Below, one piece after another: positions 7,490-15,665 of a stretch of DNA of 49,123 nt (position 1 is its first letter; each line of letters begins with the position of its first letter). The stretch covers positions 1-49,123 of the forward strand of contig JBOGIF010000045.1 in the NCBI GenBank assembly GCA_050742415.1, given 5' to 3'. This DNA comes from Acidimicrobiales bacterium. Lineage in GTDB: Bacteria; Actinomycetota; Acidimicrobiia; Acidimicrobiales; AC-14. The notes below the pieces were generated by a model. The model was not told where the DNA came from. It saw only the letters and a program-made list of their open reading frames with translations, and searched no databases. The translations under genes and the position numbers were made by a program.

Positions 7490-8769
7490 GCCACGTTCTC
7501 GGCGCAGGTGAACCGGCCCCAGCCGAGGGGGCTGAGGGCGCAGTAGACGACGGCGGCCGGCAGCACGAGCTCGGAGGTAGCGGGCAAGCCGAGCAGGGCC
7601 AGCTGGTCGCCCCCGAGGCTGCGCTCGACGGCTGGCAGCACCAGCCGGGTGTCGTAGTTGCCGGTGCTCACCATGGCGGTAGCCCGCTCGGGGGCGACCA
7701 CGATCGGCGGGCCGGTGCCGTCGGGACCGGCCATCTCGCCGAACAGGCCCACGGCCGGGATGCCGAGCTCCTCCAGGGCGTCCATCTTCAGGGCCATGTC
7801 GGCGTCGGCATTGCCGCCGCCCTCCTTGGTCACTATCACTGCCTGGAAGCCGGATTCCTGGCAGAGGCGGGCGGCCTGGGCCGAGACCGCCTCCTTGGCC
7901 GCCATGTCGACCGGCTCGGGAGAGAGCACGATCCCGGCGAAGCGGAGGTCGTGCCCGTGGCGGGCGGCCAGGGCGGCCACTACCGGGTGGTTCTGGTGCA
8001 CGTAGGTGGGGTTCTTGAGCGCTGGGTGGCCGTACTGGCCACTCACCACGGCACCGTCGTCGAGCTCGCCGGGGCCGATCAGGATGGGCTCACCGCCAGC
8101 CAGGCTACGCCCGTAGACGAAGACGTCCTTGAACGCCCCCTGGGTCTGGAGGTTGGTGATCACGCCCACCGCGGGGAGGCCGTCGGCGCTGTCGGGCAGC
8201 GGCGGGAGGACCTCCTCCACCGCGTCGGGCGGTGCGGCCAGGGTCGCATCGGCCAGGTGCACGGCGAGCGCCAGCAGGCCCTGCCGAAGCCCGGCCTCCA
8301 CCTCGTCCCACGCCGCGCCGTCGGCCGGCGTGAACTCCACCACCAGGTTGTGGGTGCCGGCCAGAGGCGACAGCGACGCCGCCGGGCCGCTCATGTCGAC
8401 CACCGCCTCCTGGGCCCGGGGCAGGTAGCCGGCGGCGACGACCGCGGCGCCGCGCAGCACGTGGGTCCTACCGGTGGCCTGGGGCTCCGCGGGTCCCACG
8501 AAGCCGGGGAAGATCCCGCCCCCGCCGGGGCCCTTGGTGCGGGGTTCCACCGCGTCGAGGACCTTCACGATCCGCGCCGGCTCGCCCGGCGAAACCCACG
8601 AGACCCGGACGGCCGCGACCGCCGGGGACGCCTTCGAGCGGACCAGGGCCTCCACCTCGGGCGCCGACACGGTCAGTAAGCCGTCGGCGTAGCTGGTGGC
8701 CGGCCCGAAGGCGACGGCGCGGACTTGGTGGACGAGGCGGACCAGGGAAGCTCCGGGCGACAAAGCCAT
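7486..8769 (-). CDS. grdE: Glycine/sarcosine/betaine reductase component B alpha/beta proprotein-like (GrdE/GrdG/GrdI family)
   Basis: 427 aa from ATG 8769, with ATGA overlap onto grdB. Conserved blocks ...GVITNLQTQGAFKDVFVYG..., ...VIVTKEGGGNADADMALKMDALEELGIP... are typical of this family. The substrate subtype is not assignable (see findings). Confidence 0.8.
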   Translation of the reverse strand: MALSPGASLVRLVHQVRAVAFGPATSYADGLLTVSAPEVEALVRSKASPAVAAVRVSWVSPGEPARIVKVLDAVEPRTKGPGGGGIFPGFVGPAEPQATGRTHVLRGAAVVAAGYLPRAQEAVVDMSGPAASLSPLAGTHNLVVEFTPADGAAWDEVEAGLRQGLLALAVHLADATLAAPPDAVEEVLPPLPDSADGLPAVGVITNLQTQGAFKDVFVYGRSLAGGEPILIGPGELDDGAVVSGQYGHPALKNPTYVHQNHPVVAALAARHGHDLRFAGIVLSPEPVDMAAKEAVSAQAARLCQESGFQAVIVTKEGGGNADADMALKMDALEELGIPAVGLFGEMAGPDGTGPPIVVAPERATAMVSTGNYDTRLVLPAVERSLGGDQLALLGLPATSELVLPAAVVYCALSPLGWGRFTCAENVA

Positions 8770-8785
8770 GCCTGATAATTGCACT

Positions 8786-9634
8786 ATGGAGGCAGGGAGG
8801 CGCTGGCGGCGGTTGGTGCGGGCCCGGGCCGCCGAGACCCGCCGCCTTACCGCCGAGGTCGTGCCCACCTCGCCGGGGTTCTGGGACCAGAGCGCCCGCC
8901 GCATGGCGGACAGGATGCCCCTGGCGACCGCGGACGATCCCTTCTTGCGGCGCCTCCGGCGCGCCTGCGGCACGGCGACCACCGTCGTCGACGTCGGGGC
9001 GGGCAGTGGCCGGTACGCGCTGGCGCTCGCGCCCCACGTGCGCCGGGTGGTCGCCGTGGATTCCAGCCCGGCCATGCTCGACGTCCTGGCTGATCGGTCG
9101 GCCGCGGCCGGCGTGGGCAACGTGGATCTGGTGGTGAGCCGCTGGGAGGACGCCGAGGTGCCTGTCGCCGACGTCGTCTTCTCGGCCTTCGTCCTGCCGC
9201 TCGTGGAGGACGCTGCTGCGTTCCTGCGGCGCCTCGATGCCGGGCCCCGCCGCCGGGCATTCCTTTACCTCGGGGCGCCGGGCAGCGAGGCGGTCTACGA
9301 GCCCTTCTGGCGGTATTTCCACGGTGTTCCGCGCCGACCCGGGCCCACGTGGCTCGACGCCCTCGCTGTGCTGCGCGAGATAGGCGTGGAGCCCGACGTG
9401 GAGGTCCTGGACATGCCGTTCCGCCCGCGTTTCGCCAGCCTGGAGGAGGCGGTTGACGACTTCCGCCGCATGCTGGCTCTCCCCGACACGGCTGCCGCCC
9501 GCTCGGAGCTGAGTGCGCTTCTCGACCTGTGGCTGGTCCGCCGCGGGCCGCACCTCGCCTCGCCCGCTGGCAGCCTGACGACTGCCCTCCTGAGCTGGCG
9601 ACCGGCCAGCACGGCGGCGAGAGTAGGCCCATGA
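8786..9634 (+). CDS. Class I SAM-dependent methyltransferase
   Basis: Motif I VVDVGAGSGRYAL and motif II-like DVVFSAF. Start taken at ATG 8786, so the track ORF start at 8696 would overlap grdE. Later starts are possible. Confidence 0.75.
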   Translation: MEAGRRWRRLVRARAAETRRLTAEVVPTSPGFWDQSARRMADRMPLATADDPFLRRLRRACGTATTVVDVGAGSGRYALALAPHVRRVVAVDSSPAMLDVLADRSAAAGVGNVDLVVSRWEDAEVPVADVVFSAFVLPLVEDAAAFLRRLDAGPRRRAFLYLGAPGSEAVYEPFWRYFHGVPRRPGPTWLDALAVLREIGVEPDVEVLDMPFRPRFASLEEAVDDFRRMLALPDTAAARSELSALLDLWLVRRGPHLASPAGSLTTALLSWRPASTAARVGP

Positions 9635-11454
9635 GCACCGAGGGGATACGGGTCGAGGTCGTCGCCGAGCCCACCGAGGAGGCGCAGGTGACGGCGGCGA
9701 CCGCCCCGCTGCTCCGCCAACCGCTGGTCCTGCGCGACTTCCCGGGCGGCGACCATTGGCTCCTCGGGTGGGACGTGGCCGACAAGGACGACGGCCGGCC
9801 GTTCGTCGCCCGGGTGGCCGACGTCACGTCCGGTCGCATGACGGAGGTGCGGGGCCTGCTGGACGACCCCGGCTCGGCGTCCATCCACTTCGTCGGCTCG
9901 CAGCGCCCACCGTCGGACGACGAGTGGGAATGGGCGGTGAAGAAGCTGCGGGAAGCGGCGGCCGACGCGCTCGAAGAGGCCGCCGCAGCTGCCCATGACG
10001 CCGCCGCAGCAGCTGCCGAAGCGGCGGCGGACGCAGAGCCCGACCTCGCCGCCGAGCCGGCTGTCGCCGTGCCGTCGGTCCCGCGACCGCCGTCGGTGCC
10101 TCCGGTCGGCTCGGCCGGAGGAAGTCCCCTGCCCGTCGTGCGATTCACCGACCACGTGGAGGATGAGGACGACGACGAGCCGGAGCGAGACCTCCCACCC
10201 CTGGACGCCTACCGGCCAATGCCCCCACTGGCCAATGTCGTCGATGCCGACGGCGTCGTCCGCAGGGTCGTGACGGTCGGCTTGAGGGCGGACGACGGAA
10301 CCCACAGCATCGTCGGCGTCCGGGTGGGAGATGGCGAGCAGGTCGAGCTCGGCCCCGACGTGACGGCCTTGGCTGCCGGGCCGGAGTGCGGCCTGCCTCC
10401 AGGAGATGCATGCGGACCGGTCGCCGGATCGGAGCGGGCCCGGGTCCGGGTGGTCCGCGGCGACACCGTCCTGTGGGACCTGGTCGTCGTGCGGGCGCCG
10501 GGGTCGTCGGGCACCAACGGCTCCGGAGTGGAGCTGTGCGACGTGGACCACCTCGGCAAGCGCGTCCTGAGTCGTGCCCACCTCCCGATCCTCAACGTCG
10601 CCTACCGCGGCGCCGGGGATAGCCCCGTCTACCGGTCGTGGCTGCACGACGAAGCCTGCTTCGAAGCGACCGGCGACGACGTGGCCGCCGGCTTCCGGCT
10701 GTGCACCGAGCCGCCGGTCACCGCCCTGGAATCTGAGACCGACGGCGGTGCCTTCCGGGGCGTCGCCCTCTGGGTCGATGGCGAGGACCTCGTCGTCGTG
10801 AGCCAGCTCCGGGCCGGCTGGCACCGCTACGTGAGCGAATGGCGCCTCGGCGCCGACGGCACCATCGCGCCCCGGCTCGGCATCGCCACCGCGCGCCATG
10901 GAGGCGGCGGCTGGGTGCACACCCACCACGCCTACTGGCGGTTCGACTTCGACATCGTTGGCCCGGCCGAGAACACCGTGCAGGAGCACAACGACCCCCC
11001 GGTGTTCGGCACCACCTCCTGGCACACCATCCGCCACGAGATGCGTCGCACCCGCAGCCCGGAGAGCGATCGCTACTGGAGGGTCCGCAACGACCGGTCG
11101 TCACGGTCCTACTCGCTGGTGCCGGGGGCCGGCGACGGCGAGGCAGACGGCTTCGGCGTGGGCGACGTGTGGTTGTTGCGCTACTCGCCCGACGAGATCG
11201 ACGACGGCCAGGGATTCACGGCCGACCCGGTGCTGGCCAGGGCTGGCCTCGACCGCTTCCTGACGGGGGAGCCGACGCACCGTGAGGACGTCGTCCTCTG
11301 GTACTCCGCCCACCTCGTTCACGAGCCGGCCTCCTCGCCCGTTGCCGGTCGCATCGGCCCCGACGTGCGAGCTCGGCTGTGGTCGTCCGAGCCGTCGGCC
11401 GAGCTTCAGCCCGCGGGGATCGCCGAGTCGGGGCCGTCGGCGGTCACGACGTAG
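9631..11454 (+). CDS. Divergent copper amine oxidase-like (C-terminal catalytic-domain-like) protein with an Ala/Pro/acidic low-complexity linker
   Basis: ATG 9631 overlaps the methyltransferase stop (ATGA). The C-terminal half has CuAO-like blocks: LPILNVAYRGAGDSPVYRSWLHDEACFEATG (cf. VVPYGDP...FDxGExGxG), WVHTHHAYWRFDFDI (cf. HxHxFxxRxDxDxDG) and DVVLWYSAHLVHEP (cf. DxVxWxxxGxxHxP). Confidence 0.6.
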   Translation: MSTEGIRVEVVAEPTEEAQVTAATAPLLRQPLVLRDFPGGDHWLLGWDVADKDDGRPFVARVADVTSGRMTEVRGLLDDPGSASIHFVGSQRPPSDDEWEWAVKKLREAAADALEEAAAAAHDAAAAAAEAAADAEPDLAAEPAVAVPSVPRPPSVPPVGSAGGSPLPVVRFTDHVEDEDDDEPERDLPPLDAYRPMPPLANVVDADGVVRRVVTVGLRADDGTHSIVGVRVGDGEQVELGPDVTALAAGPECGLPPGDACGPVAGSERARVRVVRGDTVLWDLVVVRAPGSSGTNGSGVELCDVDHLGKRVLSRAHLPILNVAYRGAGDSPVYRSWLHDEACFEATGDDVAAGFRLCTEPPVTALESETDGGAFRGVALWVDGEDLVVVSQLRAGWHRYVSEWRLGADGTIAPRLGIATARHGGGGWVHTHHAYWRFDFDIVGPAENTVQEHNDPPVFGTTSWHTIRHEMRRTRSPESDRYWRVRNDRSSRSYSLVPGAGDGEADGFGVGDVWLLRYSPDEIDDGQGFTADPVLARAGLDRFLTGEPTHREDVVLWYSAHLVHEPASSPVAGRIGPDVRARLWSSEPSAELQPAGIAESGPSAVTT

Positions 11455-11542
11455 GCGGCCTCGACCTTGCGGACGACGGACCACGACGGGTCCGTCTCCA
11501 TTTCACACCGATACTGCAGGTGGCGACCCGGGGAGCCTGCGG

Positions 11543-12073
11543 TCAGTGGGCCCCACGACGACCAGGTACGCCCGGGGGCGCGCCGGTCCCCGGTCCGCAC
11601 GCTTTTGCCTCGGCCAAGGTGAAGTGTGTACGGGCGTAGAGCCGCCGCCCCCATTTTGTGCTGAACATGGCCCAAGGAACGTGCTCGTAGGCGATACCGA
11701 AGCCCACATGTTGGTCAGGCCTGGACACGACCGTCGCCTCGAACTCGAGTGACCTCCCGCCCCGCACCAGGCCTTCGTAGCCGGCGAGCCCGCCGTCGAG
11801 CCGTAGACCACCGTTCTCCTGGGTTGTCCCCCCACCCTCGACCCAGGGCCGGCCGAACCATCCCTCGGGTAAGCTGTTGACGGAGAACTCGGCCACCATG
11901 GTCGGGGCCAGAAGCACCTCGGCGGCGTTGGTGGACACGTGGATCCCTCGGTCGGGGAACCCACGGGAGAAGTCTGCAGGCGTGCAGTCGCCCACGACTA
12001 CGTCGGTCTCATCGGCGGGCATCCTGGCACAGGGCTGAATTCTCGTTGCCGGCGGAGCAGTCCTACGCGACAA
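11543..12073 (-). CDS. Hypothetical protein (possibly a concanavalin/LamG-like beta-sandwich); possibly frameshifted at its 3' end
   Basis: Coding-like G/C3 bias. A coding-looking continuation exists in another frame (11406-11675). See findings. Confidence 0.4.
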   Translation of the reverse strand: MSRRTAPPATRIQPCARMPADETDVVVGDCTPADFSRGFPDRGIHVSTNAAEVLLAPTMVAEFSVNSLPEGWFGRPWVEGGGTTQENGGLRLDGGLAGYEGLVRGGRSLEFEATVVSRPDQHVGFGIAYEHVPWAMFSTKWGRRLYARTHFTLAEAKACGPGTGAPPGVPGRRGAH

Positions 12074-12122
12074 TGCTCAGAGACAATCATTCGCAGCATA
12101 ATTCGGTGAAAGGATCGCGCCA

Positions 12123-12533
12123 GTGAGGCTCAGATTGAAGAAATGGTCCAACGGCGGGTTCGTGCGGGAAGACGCTGAACGGGAGGCGGCCGAGGAGATC
12201 GAGCGCCAGGTGGGCATGGGCAAGCCGTCCCCGGAGGAGTGGGCCGAGCTGGAAGCGCGCCTGTTGGCGACCCCGCCAGCCGAGCCGGCTGCCATCGCCG
12301 AGGCGACGACCTCGCCCTCCACGGTGGCCGAGGTCGCGCCCAAGGCCAAGCCGCGGTCCCGCCCGGCTCGGAAGGCCGCTGAGGGCAGGACGGCCGCGAG
12401 GATCGCCGCGCCCAAGGTGGCCGCGTCCGCCAAGACGGCAAAGACGGCCAAGCCCACCCAGGCGCCACGCTCCACGGCCCCCAAGGCCACGGTGGCCGCC
12501 AAGCCGGCGACGAGGGCCCGAAAGCCGGTCTGA
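12123..12533 (+). CDS. Hypothetical protein with an acidic N-terminal part and a Lys/Ala/Pro-rich (histone H1-like) basic tail
   Basis: GTG start preceded by GAAAGGA. The tail APKAKPRSRPARKAA...AAPKVAASAKTAKTAKPT...AAKPATRARKPV resembles actinobacterial basic low-complexity DNA-binding tails. Confidence 0.45.
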   Translation: MRLRLKKWSNGGFVREDAEREAAEEIERQVGMGKPSPEEWAELEARLLATPPAEPAAIAEATTSPSTVAEVAPKAKPRSRPARKAAEGRTAARIAAPKVAASAKTAKTAKPTQAPRSTAPKATVAAKPATRARKPV

Positions 12534-12567
12534 CGAGGTAAGCGGCGGCGGCGGAAATGTCGGTGGA

Positions 12568-12594
12568 CATGACGGCGTTACAAGAACCGTCATG
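12568..12594 (+). promoter_or_regulatory. 8-bp inverted repeat CATGACGG(N11)CCGTCATG that includes the whiB-like start codon
   Basis: Arms at 12568-12575 and 12587-12594. The ATG at 12592-12594 lies inside the right arm. Confidence 0.3.
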
Positions 12595-12873
12595 TCTGAG
12601 ACCGAACGAAGCATCAGCACCTGGCGGGACGAATCCGCCTGTCGCGGCATGGACGCGAACATCTTCTTTCCTGACAGCGACGAGGACGCCGGGCCGGCGC
12701 GGGCGGTTTGCGCCACCTGCCCAGTCCGTACCGAGTGCCTGGACTTCGCCCTGGCGACCCGCCAGGACGACGGCATCTGGGGCGGGCTGACCGAGAACGA
12801 GCGCCGTCGGGTCCGGCGCCGGCGCCAGGAGGACACCAGGATCGCCCGTCGCCAGGGGGGCGAAGCGGCCTAG
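12592..12873 (+). CDS. WhiB-family [4Fe-4S] transcriptional regulator
   Basis: Four Cys in the WhiB pattern (C..., CxxCxxxxxC: ACRGMD...AVCATCPVRTEC), the GIWGG turn and a basic C-terminal tail. Confidence 0.9.
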   Translation: MSETERSISTWRDESACRGMDANIFFPDSDEDAGPARAVCATCPVRTECLDFALATRQDDGIWGGLTENERRRVRRRRQEDTRIARRQGGEAA

Positions 12874-13070
12874 GAGATCTTTCGCACCGCACTAGACCAG
12901 GCGCACTGTGGAGCTCCGAATCGGCACGATCGCTCCCTTCCAGCGCTGAGCCGAACCGGCGGCAATGATGACGAAATGGCCACCAGGCGCGACGACGAGC
13001 GCGTACGAGGTCACCGACGAAGCACCGGCGCGTTCTCTCCCGCCTTCCACGGCTGAGCGGCCCAAGGATC

Positions 13071-13622
13071 ATGATGGTGACAGTGCGCACCGACCTCCCC
13101 GACCCGCGTCTGATGGCCCGAGGCCTCGCCGTGCTGAGGATCTTCGCCGGCGTGATCCTGTTTGCCAACGGCGTGGCCAAGCTCTTCGGGATCACCACCA
13201 TCACGGCGGGCCCGTACGCCGCCAATTTGATCAACCGGAGCGCCACTCGCTTCATCCTGCGTTTCGAGGGCCTCCAGAACCAGGCCAACGGCGGCCCGGG
13301 CACCGAGGTGCCGGGGCTCCAGCCGATCGTACGGTTCATGCTCGACAACTTCGGTTGGGTCCAATGGCTGATCACGGCCGCAGAGCTCGGGATCGGCGCC
13401 CTGCTGATCGTCGGCCTGGCCAGCCGGGGCGCCGCGGTACTGGGTCTTGCCAACCACCTCTTCCTTGCCGCGCTCTATGCGTCGTCCAATCGCTGGCTGT
13501 TCGAGCAGCCCCATGAGTACGTACCGCTGCTGATCCTGGTCCTTGTGCCCTCCGGGCGAGTCTGGGGACTCGACGGTGCGCTCCCGTTTTCGAGGGCCCG
13601 GGCCGGCCGGTTCCCCTTCTAA
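13071..13622 (+). CDS. DoxX/DoxD-like membrane protein
   Basis: 4-TM protein with LRIFAGVILFANGVAKL... and ...GRVWGLDG, typical of the DoxX family. Confidence 0.75.
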   Translation: MMVTVRTDLPDPRLMARGLAVLRIFAGVILFANGVAKLFGITTITAGPYAANLINRSATRFILRFEGLQNQANGGPGTEVPGLQPIVRFMLDNFGWVQWLITAAELGIGALLIVGLASRGAAVLGLANHLFLAALYASSNRWLFEQPHEYVPLLILVLVPSGRVWGLDGALPFSRARAGRFPF

Positions 13623-13632
13623 CCTTCAGGGA

Positions 13633-14265
13633 ATGCCCATCTCGCCCGCCCCCAACCCGGTCGGCGGGACCGCCGACGCCTGTGGCGGAGTCAGCACCGC
13701 CAATGGCCGCGTAGCTCCTCTCGTGCCCCTTATCGCTGCCGAGCAGGCACCGCTGCTGGCCCGGCGGTTCTTCGCCGACGGTGATCCCGGGCCGATCGTC
13801 GCCGCGCTCGCCCAGGTGCCCGAGCTGCTCGAAGTGACGGCACCGTTCCTGGGCACGGTGCTCGGGCCGTCCTGCATCGCCACCCGGACCAAGGAGATCA
13901 TCATCCTGAGGACGTCGGCCCGGGCGTCGTGCCGGTACTGCGTCGACGCGCACACTGTCGTGGCGCTCGACGCCGGCCTGTCGGTGACCGAGGTACGAGC
14001 CCTGCGGGGTGAGCTCGACGCGGCGAAGGTCTTCGTTGACCCGGCTGACAGGGCGGCGGTCGGGTGGTGCGACGCGCTGGTCGCTACCGGCCCGGTGTCG
14101 CCGGAGGCCAAGTCGCAGCTCCGTGGCCGCTTCGCCGACCACGAGGTGGTCGAGCTGACGCTGCTAGCCACCACGACGTTGCTGCTCAACCGGTTCTGCA
14201 CCTCCCTGGACCTGCCCACCTCTCCGGGGGTCCGGGCCCGTCTGGCCACCGAGGGCCTCGGGTGA
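13633..14265 (+). CDS. Carboxymuconolactone decarboxylase (AhpD-like) family protein
   Basis: ...EIIILRTSARASCRYCVDAHT... is the CxxC-H AhpD/CMD signature. ATG at 13633. Confidence 0.8.
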   Translation: MPISPAPNPVGGTADACGGVSTANGRVAPLVPLIAAEQAPLLARRFFADGDPGPIVAALAQVPELLEVTAPFLGTVLGPSCIATRTKEIIILRTSARASCRYCVDAHTVVALDAGLSVTEVRALRGELDAAKVFVDPADRAAVGWCDALVATGPVSPEAKSQLRGRFADHEVVELTLLATTTLLLNRFCTSLDLPTSPGVRARLATEGLG

Positions 14266-15098
14266 CCGCCGTCGCCGACGCCGCGGCCGGCGGGGTCCTG
14301 GGTGATCGGGTATGGCTGTACAGCAACTACCACTGCAACCTGGCGTGCGCTTACTGCCTCACCGACTCGGCCCCCTCGTCGCCCCGGCGAGACCTGTCGG
14401 CCGAGGCCATGGTCACGGTGGCCCGCCAGGCCGCGGAGCTGGGCTTCGGGGCACTGGGCGTCACCGGTGGGGAGCCGTTCCTGCGATCGGACCTTCCCGA
14501 GACGTTGGCCACCCTGGCCGCCGTCCTCCCCACCGTCGTCCTGTCCAACGCCACCCTGTTCGCAGGCGCCCGCCTGGAGAGGCTCAGGCCCCTCGCTGAT
14601 CTCGACGTAGCCGTCCAGGTCTCTCTGGACCGAGCCGAGGCGGCTGCCAACGACGAGCTACGGGCTGCCGGCAACCACGCCCGGGTGGTGGAGGCCATCC
14701 CCCGCCTGGTGGAGATGGGAATCCGCGTGCGGATCGGCACCACGCTCGACCCCGCGGCCGAGATCGGCGACGACGAGAAGGCCCGCCTCTGCGCCCTCCA
14801 CCGCGCCCTGGGCGTGGGCGACGAGGACCACGTGGTGCGCCCGGTGGTGCGCCGGGGCCGGGCTGCCGCGACCGACATGGGGGTGCCGGCCACGGCCGCC
14901 GATCTGCCCCCCGAGCTCACCATCACCGCCGACGGGGCGTTCTGGAGCCCGTTCGGCCCCACCGTGCGCGACGGGCGCCTGGACACCGACCTGCTGGTGA
15001 CCCGCACCACCGACCCCCTGGACATCCCGGCCTCCGCCCTGGCCCGTCTCGTCGAGGCGCGCCCACCGGGCGACGACTCCCGCCTCGGCATCCGCTGA
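14262..15098 (+). CDS. Radical SAM protein (no SPASM-type C-terminal Cys cluster)
   Basis: CNLACAYC (CxxxCxxC) and the GGEPFL glycine-rich motif. Its GTG overlaps the CMD stop (GTGA). Confidence 0.85.
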   Translation: MTAVADAAAGGVLGDRVWLYSNYHCNLACAYCLTDSAPSSPRRDLSAEAMVTVARQAAELGFGALGVTGGEPFLRSDLPETLATLAAVLPTVVLSNATLFAGARLERLRPLADLDVAVQVSLDRAEAAANDELRAAGNHARVVEAIPRLVEMGIRVRIGTTLDPAAEIGDDEKARLCALHRALGVGDEDHVVRPVVRRGRAAATDMGVPATAADLPPELTITADGAFWSPFGPTVRDGRLDTDLLVTRTTDPLDIPASALARLVEARPPGDDSRLGIR

Positions 15099-15259
15099 GC
15101 GTGAGGCCACCGCCGGCCCGGTCGGGCCGCCGCCGCACGAGGAGCCAGCCCACCCATGGCCACAAACGCCTGCCGCCACCCACGACTGTTCTGGCTGGCC
15201 GCGGGTAGCGGGCGACCGGTCCCACACTGGGGCCATGACGTGACCGACGAGGCGTCCGG

Positions 15260-15484
15260 TCAGGCCGTGGGTCGGGCGAACTGGTCAGACACCGAGCTCA
15301 CGGCGGCGATCACCTGCGGGCAGACTCGGCGTTGGGGGTGGACGTATCGGATCCACTCGACCTCGCCGACCATCGCCGACCCGCTCAGCATGCCCCGGAA
15401 CAGGCGGTCGTGGTTGTCGACCACCGCCTGGCGGCCGAGTTCCTGGCCCGCTACGGCGACCAGCTCCGACGCATCGTGCGCCAC
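15260..15484 (-). CDS. Hypothetical small protein or gene remnant
   Basis: Only G/C3 bias supports coding (…VAHDASELVAVAGQELGRQAVVDNHDRLFRGMLSGS…). No recognisable domain. The start is uncertain. Confidence 0.25.
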   Translation of the reverse strand: MAHDASELVAVAGQELGRQAVVDNHDRLFRGMLSGSAMVGEVEWIRYVHPQRRVCPQVIAAVSSVSDQFARPTA

Positions 15485-15665
15485 CTGGTCGCGCCCGGCG
15501 ACTGAGCCCGGTGAGCCACACAGTGAGGGCAGCGTCCATGCTGCGACCTCCTGGTCAGGGCGCTGACTCACCGGAATCACACGGCCGGTTCGGATCGGAC
15601 GATGCACCGAACAGGATCACGTCGCGGCACTCACGTGCCGCAAACCGGCGCAGGCGCTCGCAACT

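Noticed and set aside
8770-8900. Glycine riboswitch upstream of the grd operon
   Set aside because: The non-coding spacer is only 16 nt. The reverse complement of the adjacent sequence lacks the GGAGAG...CACCGAAGGGGCAA-type glycine aptamer core.
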